From the NCBI GenBank assembly GCA_964522265.1, contig CAZFVS010000054.1, forward strand, positions 1,984-7,390: 5,407 bases of DNA, read 5' to 3'. Below are positions 4,002 through 5,407 of this stretch, piece by piece. The stretch is from an uncultured Gammaproteobacteria bacterium. GTDB taxonomy: Bacteria; Patescibacteriota; Microgenomatia; Daviesbacterales; UBA10151. The translations under genes and the position numbers were made by a program. How positions within the stretch are numbered: position 1 is the first letter of the stretch; each line of letters starts with the position of its first letter. The notes beneath the pieces were generated by a model, which worked only from the letters and a program-made list of their open reading frames with translations, had not been told where the DNA came from and did not search any database.

Positions 4002-5188
4002 CTAAACTTGAAAAAACATTATTTTTTCTGGTAATTCTGTTTCTTCCCACCCAACTCGGAAAACACTTCTGGCCGAATTTTAGTTATCTCTATTCATTAA
4101 AAATAGATTATTTTTCTCCAACTATTTTTTTATGGGACCTAATCTTAATAACCCTACTCGTAATATGGGTGATAACAAAATCTGGGGTTAATAAAAGGGC
4201 GTTATTTTTTCTCCTCTTTTTTTTATTGACCCAGACTTTATCGCTTATACATACTGCCAATTTAGGACCAGGAATAGTTAGGTTAGAGCAATTTACCCTC
4301 ACAGGCCTTTTTGGTTTGTATCTTGCAAGCCAGAACTTCAACAAACTTAGCAAAATTCTGAGCAGGATTTTAATTATCCCTCTTTTTTTTGAAGTTTTTT
4401 TTGCAATAGGACAATTTTTATTTAATGGGTCATTGGGTTTTTGGGTTTTAGGTGAGAGAAGTTTTACCCTGTCAACCCCGGCTATCGCAAAGTTTAATTG
4501 GTTTGGGCAGGTTTTTCTTCGTTCTTATGCAACATTCCCCCACCCTAATGTTATGGCGGGATTTATGGTTTTAATTATACCGCTAGTAGTTTACTACAAC
4601 CATTCATTTAATAAAGTTATAATTTCAATAGGGGTTTTAGGTGCTTTACTCAGTTTTTCAAGGGCTGCAATTCTAATTCTTTTTGTGGAATGTTTTTATT
4701 TCTTAAGAAAGAAGATTATGATACTTGCTTTGATACTGGCAATACTTGCACCGTTTTTTATAGTGAGGTTTAATTCAGCTTTTGACTTTGACAATATCTC
4801 TCTGGTCAGGAGAGAGGAATTAATGCAATCCGCAGTGTATATTTTTTCAAAAAACCCCATTTTTGGTATAGGATTAAACAATTTCATTACACAGAAAGCA
4901 ACAGATCTTATTGCAGGACCAAACAGGTTTTTACAGCCTGTCCATAATATTTTTTTACTGACTTTGGTTGAAACCGGCCTGGTTGGTTTTTTAGGTTTTA
5001 CTCTCATTTTGATTTTCCCGATAATTACGCTTTTGAAACATATAACCACCCCATTTGCAAAAGTTTTACTTTTTAGCTGGTTTACAATAATTTTTTTAGG
5101 GATGTTTGACCACTATTTTTTAACACTTCCCCAAGGGCAAAGACTGTTATTTTTATTTTGGGGGTTAAGTTTGTCTGTACATGATTGA
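3998..5188 (+). CDS. Polytopic membrane protein of the O-antigen ligase/polymerase (Wzy_C) family (396 aa; TTG start overlapping the jag stop as TTGA)
   Basis: About 10 or more hydrophobic segments. It has FSRAAILILF, then a loop with PIFGIGLNNF, then the signature QPVHNIFLLTLVETGLVGFLGF (HN..L....E.G..G) typical of WaaL/Wzy_C proteins. There is no in-frame ATG before the first TM helix, so TTG at 3998 is the most plausible start. Confidence 0.78.
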   Translation: MTKLEKTLFFLVILFLPTQLGKHFWPNFSYLYSLKIDYFSPTIFLWDLILITLLVIWVITKSGVNKRALFFLLFFLLTQTLSLIHTANLGPGIVRLEQFTLTGLFGLYLASQNFNKLSKILSRILIIPLFFEVFFAIGQFLFNGSLGFWVLGERSFTLSTPAIAKFNWFGQVFLRSYATFPHPNVMAGFMVLIIPLVVYYNHSFNKVIISIGVLGALLSFSRAAILILFVECFYFLRKKIMILALILAILAPFFIVRFNSAFDFDNISLVRREELMQSAVYIFSKNPIFGIGLNNFITQKATDLIAGPNRFLQPVHNIFLLTLVETGLVGFLGFTLILIFPIITLLKHITTPFAKVLLFSWFTIIFLGMFDHYFLTLPQGQRLLFLFWGLSLSVHD

Positions 5189-5407
5189 ATCTGAACAATA
5201 TAGACCTAAAAAAGTTTCTGTATCAGCGGTAGATTTTTCCCCCTACAGGATTTCTTGTGTGGATTTGAATCCCCACAAAATTTTATTTGGAGGTGTACTG
5301 CTTTCAATTGCTGATAGATTAGCAGGAGAAGTTGCAGAAAAACACAGCGGAAAGTCCTGTGTAACTCTTTTTTTAGACTCAGTCAGGTTTTTTAACCCTG
5401 CATATGA
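5181..5407 (+). CDS. Partial CDS (N-terminal 75 codons): hotdog-fold acyl-CoA thioesterase (4HBT/YciA-type)
   Basis: Hand translation from ATG at 5181 (an in-frame TAA at 5166-5168 closes the frame upstream): MIESEQYRPKKVSVSAVDFSPYRISCVDLNPHKILFGGVLLSIADRLAGEVAEKHSGKSCVTLFLDSVRFFNPAY... This matches the acyl-CoA thioesterase pattern P.D.N..G..FGG.L....D..A...A..H.....VT...D...F..P. It overlaps the preceding gene by 8 nt (ATGATTGA) and runs off the window. Confidence 0.8.
   Translation, partial: MIESEQYRPKKVSVSAVDFSPYRISCVDLNPHKILFGGVLLSIADRLAGEVAEKHSGKSCVTLFLDSVRFFNPAY

Noticed and set aside
4108-4353. 81-aa minus-strand ORF from the supplied track
   Set aside because: It is antisense inside the Wzy_C-family CDS. 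Its Lys/Arg-rich sequence mirrors the Phe/Leu codons of the membrane protein. It is a shadow ORF.
4217-4402. Three T8 homopolymer tracts (4217-4224, 4383-4390, 4395-4402) in the Wzy_C-family gene as possible slipped-strand phase-variation switches
   Set aside because: The tracts encode Phe-Phe pairs in TM helices, which is expected for a membrane protein in an AT-rich genome. An equal-length T8 tract also occurs in dnaA (1302-1309). Eight nt is marginal for phase variation. It could only be revisited with population read data showing length heterogeneity.
4696-5049. 117-aa minus-strand ORF from the supplied track
   Set aside because: It is antisense to the most conserved part of the Wzy_C-family CDS (the HN..L....E.G..G signature is on the plus strand). 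It has no motif of its own.
1-5407. Search for CRISPR repeats, tRNA/rRNA genes, IS/transposase ends, integrase genes, toxin-antitoxin pairs or known defence-system genes
   Set aside because: I found none. The only non-coding stretches (357-555, 1909-2020, 3513-3551) are too short or too AT-rich for structured RNA genes, there are no long direct or inverted repeats, and every sizeable ORF has a housekeeping or envelope-related assignment.

Overview
This is an AT-rich (about one-third G+C by eye) bacterial chromosomal replication-origin neighbourhood. On the minus strand are a window-truncated small membrane-anchored PD-(D/E)xK nuclease-like gene (1-356) and dnaA (556-1908). A 199-bp AT-rich spacer between them carries four DnaA-box matches and is a candidate oriC. 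On the plus strand, divergent from dnaA, the genes run in this order: rpmH (L34, too short for the supplied ORF track, found by hand at 2021-2161), rnpA, yidD, yidC, a short KH+R3H Jag/KhpB-like protein, a 396-aa Wzy_C/O-antigen-ligase-family polytopic membrane protein, and the 5' part of a hotdog-fold acyl-CoA thioesterase. Genes are tightly packed or overlapping: rnpA/yidD 32 nt, yidD/yidC 10 nt, jag/Wzy_C 4 nt, Wzy_C/thioesterase 8 nt. The standard genetic code applies, since TGA and TAA stops give normal-length proteins. I see no CRISPR array, tRNA/rRNA, transposase, or recognisable defence or toxin module. The window is mostly conserved housekeeping synteny, possibly from a small-genome low-GC lineage (CPR/Patescibacteria-like is only a guess), and I do not see a convincing novel multi-gene system. 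The items worth a second look are: (1) the candidate oriC; (2) the nuclease-like gene sitting where dnaN normally lies; (3) near-absence of Shine-Dalgarno motifs, with promoter-like elements placed almost on top of start codons; (4) a C-terminally truncated YidD; (5) a Wzy_C glycan ligase/polymerase-like gene coupled to the yidC-jag cluster.
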